DNA from: Pseudomonadales bacterium
Lineage (GTDB): Bacteria > Pseudomonadota > Gammaproteobacteria > Pseudomonadales > UBA7239
Assembly (NCBI GenBank): GCA_035430165.1
Contig: DAOMGE010000009.1
Span: 2,713-66,712 of the forward strand
Direction of reading: 5' to 3'
Length of the DNA stretch: 64,000 nt
The translations under genes were made by a program, and so were the position numbers. Shown here in pieces: positions 8,394 through 16,839 of this stretch. The notes beneath the pieces are model-generated. The model saw only the letters and a list, made by a program, of their open reading frames with translations, was not told the DNA's origin and made no database searches. Every line of letters starts with the position of its first letter. The first letter of the stretch is position 1.

Positions 8394-11300
8394 ATGTTGC
8401 GTAAACTGTGCAAAGGCTTTCTGGTGTTGTTTGTATTGTTGGCCTGCTGGATTACCTACAACAGCATCGATGAACCACCGCGTTACGACCAGAGCCTGTT
8501 GTTGCCACGCGAGCAGATTCCAGATGAGCAGAACGGATTTGCGCTGTTGCGTTATGCGGATCGGGAGGATGGCGGGAGTGCACTACTGAATGGCGCTGAC
8601 AGTGCGATGCTCCGCAAAGTTATCAATGACTGGGAATGGGACAGCCAGTTTGCCGAAAGAGTACTAAAAAACAGCAAAACGACAATTGATCTTGTCCTGC
8701 AGGTTATTGCAAGACCACAATTCAGATCTGACAATCCATCAGACCCCTATAGTGCATCAACGTCTTACAAAACGGCGCTTGATCTGGAAAGACTTGTATT
8801 ACTGAAAGCCAGATCTGATGAGAAAAACCAGAATTTCGATGCATCCATAGAGACAGCAAGCCTCGCAATGCGATATTGCGAAAAAATCCGGATGGATGAA
8901 CGAGGCTCATTGCTCTCATACTTAATTGGCTGGCATTGTATTGCCAATGTCACAGACTTCTACCACGAACTATTATCCAACAACGCCTTGTCTGATAAGC
9001 AATTTTTATCCATTGAAAACGCGATGAACGATATTGCAGATTATCAAGGCGATGGCTTTGATACAGTGATGCGAGGCCAGTTCTCACAGAATAAATATAG
9101 TATGGATATTTACGTTAATTACGGACTTATAAAAAGGTTTGGTGTTTTGCGTGATGCAATCAAGGAAAAAAGACTTTGCTATGATTGCAAGTATTCCACG
9201 CTTGACATTGCTTATGGCTACTTTAACGCAATATTTATCAAGTATTACCTACACTCCAATTCGATTTTAAATAATAGAGCTGGAAATGTAACGAAGGTCA
9301 TTTCATATGCTGCAGGTGAGTGTAAATCGCTAAATGAGTCTTTGATTCCCAAAGATGCAATTCATAACTGGAGCGATTCCAAGACACTCCTAGATTTCCT
9401 TACTCCCGGATCTGCAGGTACCGCCTGGTTTTCTGGAACCTATGAGGATTATGTGTTGCGGCGTTGTGAGTTCTACAATTATCTTTCAGCCATGAAAGGA
9501 ACAGTAGCAATTGCACGGTATAAGGCAAGCCATGATGGCAGTCGCCCCCTTTCCTTGCAACAACTACTGCCGGATTACGCAAATAATCTGCCGCTGGATT
9601 TTTTCAGCGGCACTCCTCTGCAATACTCTCAAGATACCGGCTGGCTATATTCCACGGGATTGCATCACGACAACCAGAATGGCTCTTCTTTTGGATTCTA
9701 TAAAGGAAGATGCTTGCCAAAATCCGATACCCCAATGAATGAATGCGATGTAAAACCCACCTTTCCTGTCAACTGGAATGATTATAAGTTTTATGAAAAA
9801 TTAAATATGGCCGAAGCGGGGGACGCCTGCAGCCAGAACTATGTTGGCTGGATGTATCAGTATGGAATATATACGAAGCCGGATAAGCAAAAAGCGATTT
9901 ATTGGTATGGCATGGCCGCAGACCAAAATTGCCCAGAAGCGCATTGGCGGCTTGCAGAAATTTATGCAGATAAAGACTCGCCTGAATACAACCCCGCAGC
10001 TGCGCTGGATCGATACCGGAAATCTTATAAGCTAGGGTCGCGTTACGCCCGATCCTCTTATGCTACATATCTATTTACCGGCAGTCTTGGTGTTACTGAT
10101 TACTCGCTGGCGTCTAGTATATTCATGAAGTTGGCATCAGAAAAAGACCGCAAATATATATGGCCATGGACCAATGCATTAATGTACAACCTGCACGATA
10201 TGGGTGCAGGGCCCACTGAAGCTGCATGGTTTGATTACTTTATTGCTAATCCTGATTTGGTAACGGTTTGTTGTAATGATCCAAAAGATGGCGTGCCAGA
10301 ACTTCATCGACGATTAGCGGAATATTATCGATGGGATGCTCCCTATCGCAATACCGTTTCCGAAAGTCAGAAGAGTGAGAGTTTTTGGCTGAATAAGGCT
10401 TATGAGCAATACAGTATTGCTGGTTATCCGGAAGAAATGGCCAAGGTTAAAAAGCAATTAGATGAATCAAATGATCAGGAAAGCATCAAGAATCTCGATA
10501 AAAAAATATCTGAGTCGATGAACGCCGCGCCGATCCAGGTGCCTGACCAATCCAGTTTGTGCAAGAACGTTTTTGACCATCGACACGAAGACATGGCACG
10601 ATTCCATTCTGTTCAGCAGGATATTTTCAGGAACAAGAAAAAAGCAAAGAAACTGGTTGCCAATTTTAATCAGGAGATGAAAGCAAAATACCAGAATTCA
10701 GGTATGGTTTCTCATTATGACAATGGAACTATTTCTATTGACTTCCCGGCGGTTAGTGCCAAATCACTGATGACGTTGCTTTTTGATTTTGCGGATCTGG
10801 ATAGTCGGGATTCAGTCTTGCAGTTTGATCTTCCGCCAAAAGAACCTCTCATCCTGTCGTATGGAGAGAAATTGCTGCCGGCGGTAACAGCCAATCTGTT
10901 GCTGGCTGATATGGGTTTGGGCGCCGATTGTTCCGGCGGAAAAATCCGTTTCTATATTGAAGATTCAACCCGTTTGAAGCCAAAACTGTTGGCGGTTGAC
11001 TTTATCGTCGATTGGGCTGGCCTTCAATTCAGGAACGAAAGTCTGCAAGGAAACGGTTCACTGACTTTTGCCAGCGGAACACGATACAAGGGCGAAGTGT
11101 TAGCTGGTTTGCCCCATGGAAAAGGGGAATACAATTTTGGCGGCCAAGTATTTGTAGGCGATAACTTTGTTGATGGCATGCTGTATGGCAAGGGCGAATG
11201 GCTAAAAGACGGGCATTCTATCCAGCGCGGAGAATTTCATAGAAATCTGCTGAATGGCACGGGTGCTATTGGTTATGGATACGGTGTTGTAGTCCTCGAA

Positions 11301-11597
11301 GGGAATTTCAAGGATCACGTTCTGGATGGCGAGGGCAAGGCAACCTATTTTGAGGCGGATAATCTGAACACAAATCATCTCGCCCTCGACAACAACTACC
11401 CGCCTCGTTGGTCATTCACCGGCAAATTCAAGGATGGCCAGAAAACCACTGGCAATTGCATGGTCTATCGCGATCGCAAACCAGCCGACACCTTTCGCTG
11501 TGAATTTTTTGAAGACAGCCTAGTGAAAGTCGGCGATGTATCGCTGTTGCCGCCGGACATGAGATCACCCGAGGAATTGCGTAAATATTTGCGGTAA
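8394..11597 (+). CDS. Large membrane-anchored hypothetical protein: helical domain with GspG-like tail motif, Sel1 repeats, STN-like segment and MORN repeats
   Basis: N-terminal hydrophobic anchor (MLRKLCKGFLVLFVLLACWI), RPLSLQQLLPDYANNLPLDFFSGTPLQY...LYSTG motif, Sel1 (AGDACSQNYVGWMYQYG...KAIYWYGMAADQ), MORN (GTRYKGEVLAGLPHGKG etc.). Visibly AT-richer than its flanks. Confidence 0.8.
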   Translation: MLRKLCKGFLVLFVLLACWITYNSIDEPPRYDQSLLLPREQIPDEQNGFALLRYADREDGGSALLNGADSAMLRKVINDWEWDSQFAERVLKNSKTTIDLVLQVIARPQFRSDNPSDPYSASTSYKTALDLERLVLLKARSDEKNQNFDASIETASLAMRYCEKIRMDERGSLLSYLIGWHCIANVTDFYHELLSNNALSDKQFLSIENAMNDIADYQGDGFDTVMRGQFSQNKYSMDIYVNYGLIKRFGVLRDAIKEKRLCYDCKYSTLDIAYGYFNAIFIKYYLHSNSILNNRAGNVTKVISYAAGECKSLNESLIPKDAIHNWSDSKTLLDFLTPGSAGTAWFSGTYEDYVLRRCEFYNYLSAMKGTVAIARYKASHDGSRPLSLQQLLPDYANNLPLDFFSGTPLQYSQDTGWLYSTGLHHDNQNGSSFGFYKGRCLPKSDTPMNECDVKPTFPVNWNDYKFYEKLNMAEAGDACSQNYVGWMYQYGIYTKPDKQKAIYWYGMAADQNCPEAHWRLAEIYADKDSPEYNPAAALDRYRKSYKLGSRYARSSYATYLFTGSLGVTDYSLASSIFMKLASEKDRKYIWPWTNALMYNLHDMGAGPTEAAWFDYFIANPDLVTVCCNDPKDGVPELHRRLAEYYRWDAPYRNTVSESQKSESFWLNKAYEQYSIAGYPEEMAKVKKQLDESNDQESIKNLDKKISESMNAAPIQVPDQSSLCKNVFDHRHEDMARFHSVQQDIFRNKKKAKKLVANFNQEMKAKYQNSGMVSHYDNGTISIDFPAVSAKSLMTLLFDFADLDSRDSVLQFDLPPKEPLILSYGEKLLPAVTANLLLADMGLGADCSGGKIRFYIEDSTRLKPKLLAVDFIVDWAGLQFRNESLQGNGSLTFASGTRYKGEVLAGLPHGKGEYNFGGQVFVGDNFVDGMLYGKGEWLKDGHSIQRGEFHRNLLNGTGAIGYGYGVVVLEGNFKDHVLDGEGKATYFEADNLNTNHLALDNNYPPRWSFTGKFKDGQKTTGNCMVYRDRKPADTFRCEFFEDSLVKVGDVSLLPPDMRSPEELRKYLR

Positions 11598-11681
11598 GGG
11601 TTGCGACGCTGTGGTTAGCAACAGCAAAGACTTATACAGGTGGTATTCTCTGCTTACTGTATGGGATTTCACTGTGGCTTT

Positions 11682-11999
11682 TTACGCAGCTATCGGGTGC
11701 GCCCTCCGAATTTTTGCCGCGCGCTCCGGCGTGTTGAGTGCCGCCCACAAATCGTTCTGTTGTTGCAGGTTAAGCCAAAACTCGGGTGTGGTTTCCAGAG
11801 AACGCGAAAGCATCAGGGCTGTATCAACTGTAACCGTACGCTTGTTGTTACAAAGCTCATTCACGGTGCGGCGTGAAATACCCAACGCTTCCGCAAGCTG
11901 GCCCTGTGTGATTTTCATGGGCAGCAAAAACTCTTCTGTCAGAATTTCACCTACGCTGGACGGTTTACGTTTAGTGACTCGCATAGTCTGTTGCTCCAT
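11682..11999 (-). CDS. higA: HigA family antitoxin (HTH-XRE)
   Basis: GEILTEEFLLPMKITQGQLAEALGISRRTVNELCNNKR...TTPEFWLNLQ. Confidence 0.92.
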   Translation of the reverse strand: MEQQTMRVTKRKPSSVGEILTEEFLLPMKITQGQLAEALGISRRTVNELCNNKRTVTVDTALMLSRSLETTPEFWLNLQQQNDLWAALNTPERAAKIRRAHPIAA

Positions 12000-12001
12000 T
12001 C

Positions 12002-12298
12002 CTAACGATAACTGTGATTGTCCAGATAAATATTCGACGCCATGCTGCGGGCTTCATCCCATTCGAATATCAACCGCCACTGTTCGTTGACTCTGATAGA
12101 GCACCAACCACCCAAATTCCCCGATAATTTTTCATAGTGGTTGCCTGGCGGGTGGCGCAAATCACGCTCACTTTGTGCAATGTCCAGCATCTGCAAGCGC
12201 CTGTAGAGCCGGGTTCGCAGATCGGCTGGGATTTTTTTGTGGATCTGGTCATCCCAATAAAACCTGGCCAGATGGCTGTCTTTAAACGTCCCTATCAT
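12002..12298 (-). CDS. higB: HigB/RelE-family toxin
   Basis: MIGTFKD...LQMLDIA...DLRHPPGNHYEKLSGNLGGWCSIRVNEQWRLIFEW; toxin-before-antitoxin order with a 2-nt gap. Confidence 0.92.
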   Translation of the reverse strand: MIGTFKDSHLARFYWDDQIHKKIPADLRTRLYRRLQMLDIAQSERDLRHPPGNHYEKLSGNLGGWCSIRVNEQWRLIFEWDEARSMASNIYLDNHSYR

Positions 12299-12309
12299 GT
12301 CCGCTCCCT

Positions 12310-12345
12310 GCGTTACATGGCCACAGTGTAACGCCTCATGTAACA
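12310..12345. promoter_or_regulatory. Candidate HigA operator
   Basis: GCGTTACA-N9-TGTAACGC inverted repeat plus a further TGTAACA half-site immediately upstream of higB. Confidence 0.45.
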
Positions 12346-12424
12346 ATTTCAATCCGGAGAATAGACATCCCAGCCCCATGCGCCTGCGCTAGAATAGCCT
12401 CCAGCCCCCGAGCCGGATTGTGCG

Positions 12425-13015
12425 ATGGAATACCAGACCCTGGTCGAACGACTGTTCCAGAATAGCATCAGCGCGAAAATTGACTGCGTTGAAGTGATCA
12501 CGCCTGCATTGATTGAAGCGGGCTTCGTGCTATCGCAATGCCTGCTGTCTGAACACAAGATCCTCGCTTGCGGCAATGGTGCCTCGTCCTTGAATGCGCA
12601 GTATTTTGCGACAACCTTCCTGAACCAGGGTGAGCGCGAACGCCCCGGTTTCCCTGTGATCCTGCTCGACAGCAACAGCGCCGTCCTGAGCGGCATCGAA
12701 CACGATTACGGCATCCACGATGCCTATGCCCGGCAGATCCGCGCGCTGGGACAGGCCGGCGACTGCCTGCTGATTTTCACCCGCACCGGCATGCCGGCCA
12801 ACCTGCTGAATGCCGTAACCGCCGCGCATGAAAAAAACATACGTGTGATTGTGATTTCAGCGCAAGATGGCGGTCACTTGCCCACATTGCTTGACGAAAA
12901 AGACGTGGAAGTGCGCGTGCCACTGACTTCACGCTTTCGTATCTATGAAATACATTTGCTATTATCGTTCGCGTTGTGTGAACTGATCGAACACCAGTTA
13001 TTCGGGGGAGAATGA
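12425..13015 (+). CDS. diaA: SIS-domain DiaA/GmhA family protein (catalytic motifs degenerate, DiaA-like)
   Basis: KILACGNGAS, RERPGFP, YARQIRALGQAGD; conserved linkage to the BON lipoprotein dolP/yraP. Confidence 0.7.
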   Translation: MEYQTLVERLFQNSISAKIDCVEVITPALIEAGFVLSQCLLSEHKILACGNGASSLNAQYFATTFLNQGERERPGFPVILLDSNSAVLSGIEHDYGIHDAYARQIRALGQAGDCLLIFTRTGMPANLLNAVTAAHEKNIRVIVISAQDGGHLPTLLDEKDVEVRVPLTSRFRIYEIHLLLSFALCELIEHQLFGGE

Positions 13016-13016
13016 C

Positions 13017-13589
13017 ATGTCACGTTTTTTTCTGGCGCTACTCGCCGCAAGTTGCCTGATCATCATTTCTGGCTGCGCACCCGTCCTGGATGCCACGCAC
13101 AGCAAACCCATCCAGCAGAATCCTGGCAAGCGTACGCTGGGCCAGGCGTTCGATGATGAAAATATCGAGGAAATTTTTCTCGTCAATCTAAAGAAAACAG
13201 ACGACCGCTTCATGAGCGCACATGTGAATGCCGTTTGCTTCAACGGCGTGATCGTGCTGATCGGACAAGTGCCCAGTGAAGAGCTGCGCCAGACTGCCGC
13301 GCGCGTTGCATCCAACCTGCGAGTACGGCAAGTACAGAATGCGCTGACGGTAGGGCCGAATGCGACACCGGCGGTGCGCAGCTATGACGCCTGGCTCACC
13401 ACCAAAATCAAGGCCAAGTTTGCCGCCGACAACGATATCAACGCCGGTCGCGTCAAAGTGGTCACGGAAAATGGTGTGATCTATCTGATGGGACTGGTGA
13501 CGCAGCGTGAAGCGGACAAGGCAGCCTCTCTTGCACAGGCTACCGATGGTGCGCAGCGTATCGTCAAGGCGTTCGAGTACATCGACTAG
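13017..13589 (+). CDS. dolP: Dual-BON-domain lipoprotein DolP/YraP
   Basis: Lipobox ISGC, RTLGQAFDDE, VVTENGVIYLMGLVT. Confidence 0.88.
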   Translation: MSRFFLALLAASCLIIISGCAPVLDATHSKPIQQNPGKRTLGQAFDDENIEEIFLVNLKKTDDRFMSAHVNAVCFNGVIVLIGQVPSEELRQTAARVASNLRVRQVQNALTVGPNATPAVRSYDAWLTTKIKAKFAADNDINAGRVKVVTENGVIYLMGLVTQREADKAASLAQATDGAQRIVKAFEYID

Positions 13590-13625
13590 CGACAGAAAAG
13601 CACTGTCACTGCGACCAGGGTTTTC

Positions 13626-14990
13626 ATGTTGACCGCTGCACGACCGTCTCACGGCACATGTTTGCAGCGTCTATGGGGCGAATTTCCCTTTCTGTGGACC
13701 TTGGGTGGCGTGCTTGCCATCCTGCTATTGCGCTCATGGCGAGATATTGTCTGGCCCACAGCAACTTTTGAAGACAGGATCAACCTGATCTCGCTGTTCT
13801 TCAGCACTCACGACATAACCCTGGTCACCCGTAACTACAATGGTTATGCCTCTGTCTTCCCCGACTTTATTGCATGGCTACTGGCAGGTTTACCTGCCAG
13901 CTGGATTCCCTATGCATTCTCCTGCGCAGCAATGCTGGTTTGCGCTACCACCATGAGCCTGTTTGCCAGCCAGGCTTATCGCTGGCTGCTTGACGACGAC
14001 AGGGCACGACAAGCGACATGCCTGCTCATGGCAGCACTGCCTTTGGGAACAAACAGTCTGGTGAGCAACCTCACCTACACCCAGTACAACTTCCTGTTCA
14101 TGCTTTTTCTGTTGCTGCTACAAAATCCGGCGCAATCGTGGCAAAAAAACCTGTTGGTCACGCCGTTCATCATCGCCTGTATTTTTTCCCACCCCGGCTC
14201 CATCCTGTGCCTGTTGCCTTGCTTGTTCATACTGGCCATTGCGCCCGTCCAGCGAAAATTTTTCACACTGTTCTTTATGGCAAGTGCCGTCATCTACAAC
14301 ATATTCCTTGTCGATAAAGCAGTACTCGACATGCTGACACCCGACTATATCCTGTTCCGGTTTTTTATTGCCTGTGCAGCTTTTATCGGCAGAGGCATAC
14401 TGGAGCCGCTGATTGGCGCTAACGCGGCTGTTGCCCTTTTGCAGCAAGCCATGTTCCTGAAAGTCGCTGCTTTTTCCAGCATGGCCATGCTGCTCATAAC
14501 ACTGTTTTTTGGCCTGCATTGCCTGATAAAAAAACAACTCGCGAATGCTGCTGTTATTGTCTTGTTTTATGGCGGCTTCCTGATTATTTTTGTCAGCATC
14601 CTCACGCGTCTGACAGGGTGGGGCTGGCAACAACACTTGTACGACGTTTCAAACCAGCGCTACATCTACGCCACTCGCCTCTGCACGTTAGTCAGTATCG
14701 CCTGCCTGCTTTACCCATTTATGCAACAACAATTTCTCAACCGTTACAGCAGGAGCTTTCTGTTTCTGCTGTTGACGGGATGCTTGTTGTACGCCAACAC
14801 ACTGGCATTCACCCTGTACCAGACCGACACCAGCAATTCGGAAAAACTTACGGCCTTCATGCGCAACATCCAGCAGGAAATTGACAGCGGCAATGTGGCC
14901 TGCCTGCAACACCAGGATTGCACACGGGTACTGGCCGATCCGGATCCCCGCTGGCCGATTACCCTGGACCTGAAAAACCGGCGACCCTGA
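13626..14990 (+). CDS. Polytopic membrane protein, putative GT-C/GtrII-like glycosyltransferase
   Basis: About 10-11 hydrophobic segments; first loop after TM1 carries PTATFED...NYNGY, reminiscent of the PxFWAEDG...PYAGY GT-C-like membrane proteins; QRY motif late in the protein. Confidence 0.5.
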   Translation: MLTAARPSHGTCLQRLWGEFPFLWTLGGVLAILLLRSWRDIVWPTATFEDRINLISLFFSTHDITLVTRNYNGYASVFPDFIAWLLAGLPASWIPYAFSCAAMLVCATTMSLFASQAYRWLLDDDRARQATCLLMAALPLGTNSLVSNLTYTQYNFLFMLFLLLLQNPAQSWQKNLLVTPFIIACIFSHPGSILCLLPCLFILAIAPVQRKFFTLFFMASAVIYNIFLVDKAVLDMLTPDYILFRFFIACAAFIGRGILEPLIGANAAVALLQQAMFLKVAAFSSMAMLLITLFFGLHCLIKKQLANAAVIVLFYGGFLIIFVSILTRLTGWGWQQHLYDVSNQRYIYATRLCTLVSIACLLYPFMQQQFLNRYSRSFLFLLLTGCLLYANTLAFTLYQTDTSNSEKLTAFMRNIQQEIDSGNVACLQHQDCTRVLADPDPRWPITLDLKNRRP

Positions 14991-15099
14991 TAGGTTTTGC
15001 TTACTGCCAGCAGCGGTTTTCCCTGTCGGGCTTATAGTAGAATCCGTTACCAAACCTGCATTCAAACGCTCTTTCCCTTGCACAATTATCGAGGCATCC

Positions 15100-16740
15100 A
15101 TGGATTTCAATGTCGCCAGTATTTTTGAACGCGTCGCCAGCAACATCCCGGACAAGGAGGCAATTATTTGTGGCACTGATCGCCTGACCTATGGCGAGTT
15201 TGATCGTCGTGCCAATCGGCTGGCACGCCATCTGGCCAGTATCGGCATCCGTAAGGGCGACCATGTTGCCATCTATGCTTACAACCGCCTGGAATGGGTT
15301 GAAGCCATGCTCGCCTGCTACAAACTCTCTGCCGTGCCCGTCAACGTCAATTACCGGTATGTGGAAGACGAGTTGCAATACTTGCTGAACGATGCTGATG
15401 TTAAAGCCATCGTCTTCGAACGCCAGTTCGGACCCCTGCTCACGGCCATCAAGGATAAATTACCGGAACTACAGCACTACATTGCGATAGAAGATGGCAG
15501 TGGCGCCGCGCTGGATAATTTGCATGCTGATGAATACGACACCGTAACCACAAAACAATCCGATGCCCCGCTCGACATCGCGCGCAGCGGTGATGACCTG
15601 TATGTACTGTACACCGGCGGCACCACCGGCATGCCGAAAGGCGTGGTATGGCGCCAGGAAGACGTGATCATGGCGCTCGGCGGCGGCCTCGACATGGGCA
15701 CCGGCCAACCGATTGCCTCCGCTGAAGTGATGGCAGATCGCTGCATACAACCCAACGCGTTCAGCATGCGTTCCCTGCAACTGGCGCCCTTGATGCACGG
15801 TGCTGCGCAATGGGGTTTGTTGCGTGCGTTATTTGAAGGCGCAACGGTTGTGATGTCCGATAAAAAATCCTTTGATGCCGACCATGTATGGCAACTCATT
15901 GGCAATGAAAAAGTGAATGTCATGCTGATCACAGGTGATGCCATGGCGCGACCTTTGATGGACGCACTGGTAGCGCGCGAGGCAACCGGCACACCGTATG
16001 ACCTGTCATCGATGTTTGTTGTTGCCAGTTCCGCCGCCATTTTTTCACCCTCGCTGAAAGACGCGTTTACAGAAAAACTGCCAAACGTCCTGATCATGGA
16101 TAACATCGGCGCCAGCGAAGTCGGTTACTGTGGTGCAGCCGTGCACAGCAAGGGCGGTGCAGATAAAGATGCCGGCGGCCCGCGCGTGGCGCCAGGCCCG
16201 GACACCATCCTGCTTGACGATGCCTTCAACGTTATCCCGATGAAAAGCGGGCAGGAAGGCTGGCTCGCACGCGGCGGCAATATTCCACTCGCGTATTACA
16301 AGGATGAAGAAAAAACGCGCAAAACCTACATCATCGCCTCCGATGGCCGCCGCTATGCCATTCCCGGTGATCGCGCGCGCGCCAACGAAGACGGCACCAT
16401 CACCCTGCTCGGTCGCGGTTCAGGTTGTATCAATTCCGGCGGCGAGAAAATTTTTCCGGAAGAAGTGGAAGGTGCAATCAAGGCACATCCTGCAGTAGTC
16501 GATACACTTGTCGTTGGCACGCCGGATGAGCGTTTCGGAAGTTGCGTGACTGCGCTGGTGAGTATCCGGCCAGGATTTGCCGAGCCGACACTGGAATCGA
16601 TACAGGAAGCTTGCACGACGCAGATCGCACGCTACAAACTGCCGCGCCGTGTTTTTTTCGTTAACGAAATTGCACGCTCACCCAGTGGTAAACCGGATTA
16701 CAAATGGGCGAAGGAAGAAGCACTGAAGCAGTTGGGGTGA
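15100..16740 (+). CDS. Acyl-CoA synthetase (FadD19-like)
   Basis: PVNVNYRYVEDEL, YTGGTTGMPKGVVW, PLMHGAAQW, GRGSGCINSGGEKIFPEEVE, SPSGKPDY. Confidence 0.9.
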   Translation: MDFNVASIFERVASNIPDKEAIICGTDRLTYGEFDRRANRLARHLASIGIRKGDHVAIYAYNRLEWVEAMLACYKLSAVPVNVNYRYVEDELQYLLNDADVKAIVFERQFGPLLTAIKDKLPELQHYIAIEDGSGAALDNLHADEYDTVTTKQSDAPLDIARSGDDLYVLYTGGTTGMPKGVVWRQEDVIMALGGGLDMGTGQPIASAEVMADRCIQPNAFSMRSLQLAPLMHGAAQWGLLRALFEGATVVMSDKKSFDADHVWQLIGNEKVNVMLITGDAMARPLMDALVAREATGTPYDLSSMFVVASSAAIFSPSLKDAFTEKLPNVLIMDNIGASEVGYCGAAVHSKGGADKDAGGPRVAPGPDTILLDDAFNVIPMKSGQEGWLARGGNIPLAYYKDEEKTRKTYIIASDGRRYAIPGDRARANEDGTITLLGRGSGCINSGGEKIFPEEVEGAIKAHPAVVDTLVVGTPDERFGSCVTALVSIRPGFAEPTLESIQEACTTQIARYKLPRRVFFVNEIARSPSGKPDYKWAKEEALKQLG

Positions 16741-16745
16741 AATGA

Positions 16746-16839
16746 CCCCTCCGGCGCTGCGCGCCACCTCCCCTATTGCATAGGGGAGGATATTTGTCTC
16801 CCCCTGAGCAGTAGGGGGAGTGCCCGAAGGGCGAGGGGG
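16746..16839. repeat. Composite of two inverted RIME/CIR-like double-hairpin units between convergent genes
   Basis: Left unit (reverse strand) CCTCCCCTATGCAATAGGGGAGG-T-GGCGC-GCA-GCGCC-GGAGGGG; right unit CTCCCCCT-N6-AGGGGGAG-T-GCCC-GAA-GGGC-GAGGGGG. Confidence 0.7.

Noticed and set aside
15050..15076. PsrA-like CAAAC sites upstream of the acyl-CoA synthetase
   Set aside because: Only half-sites; the GTTTG arm is missing.
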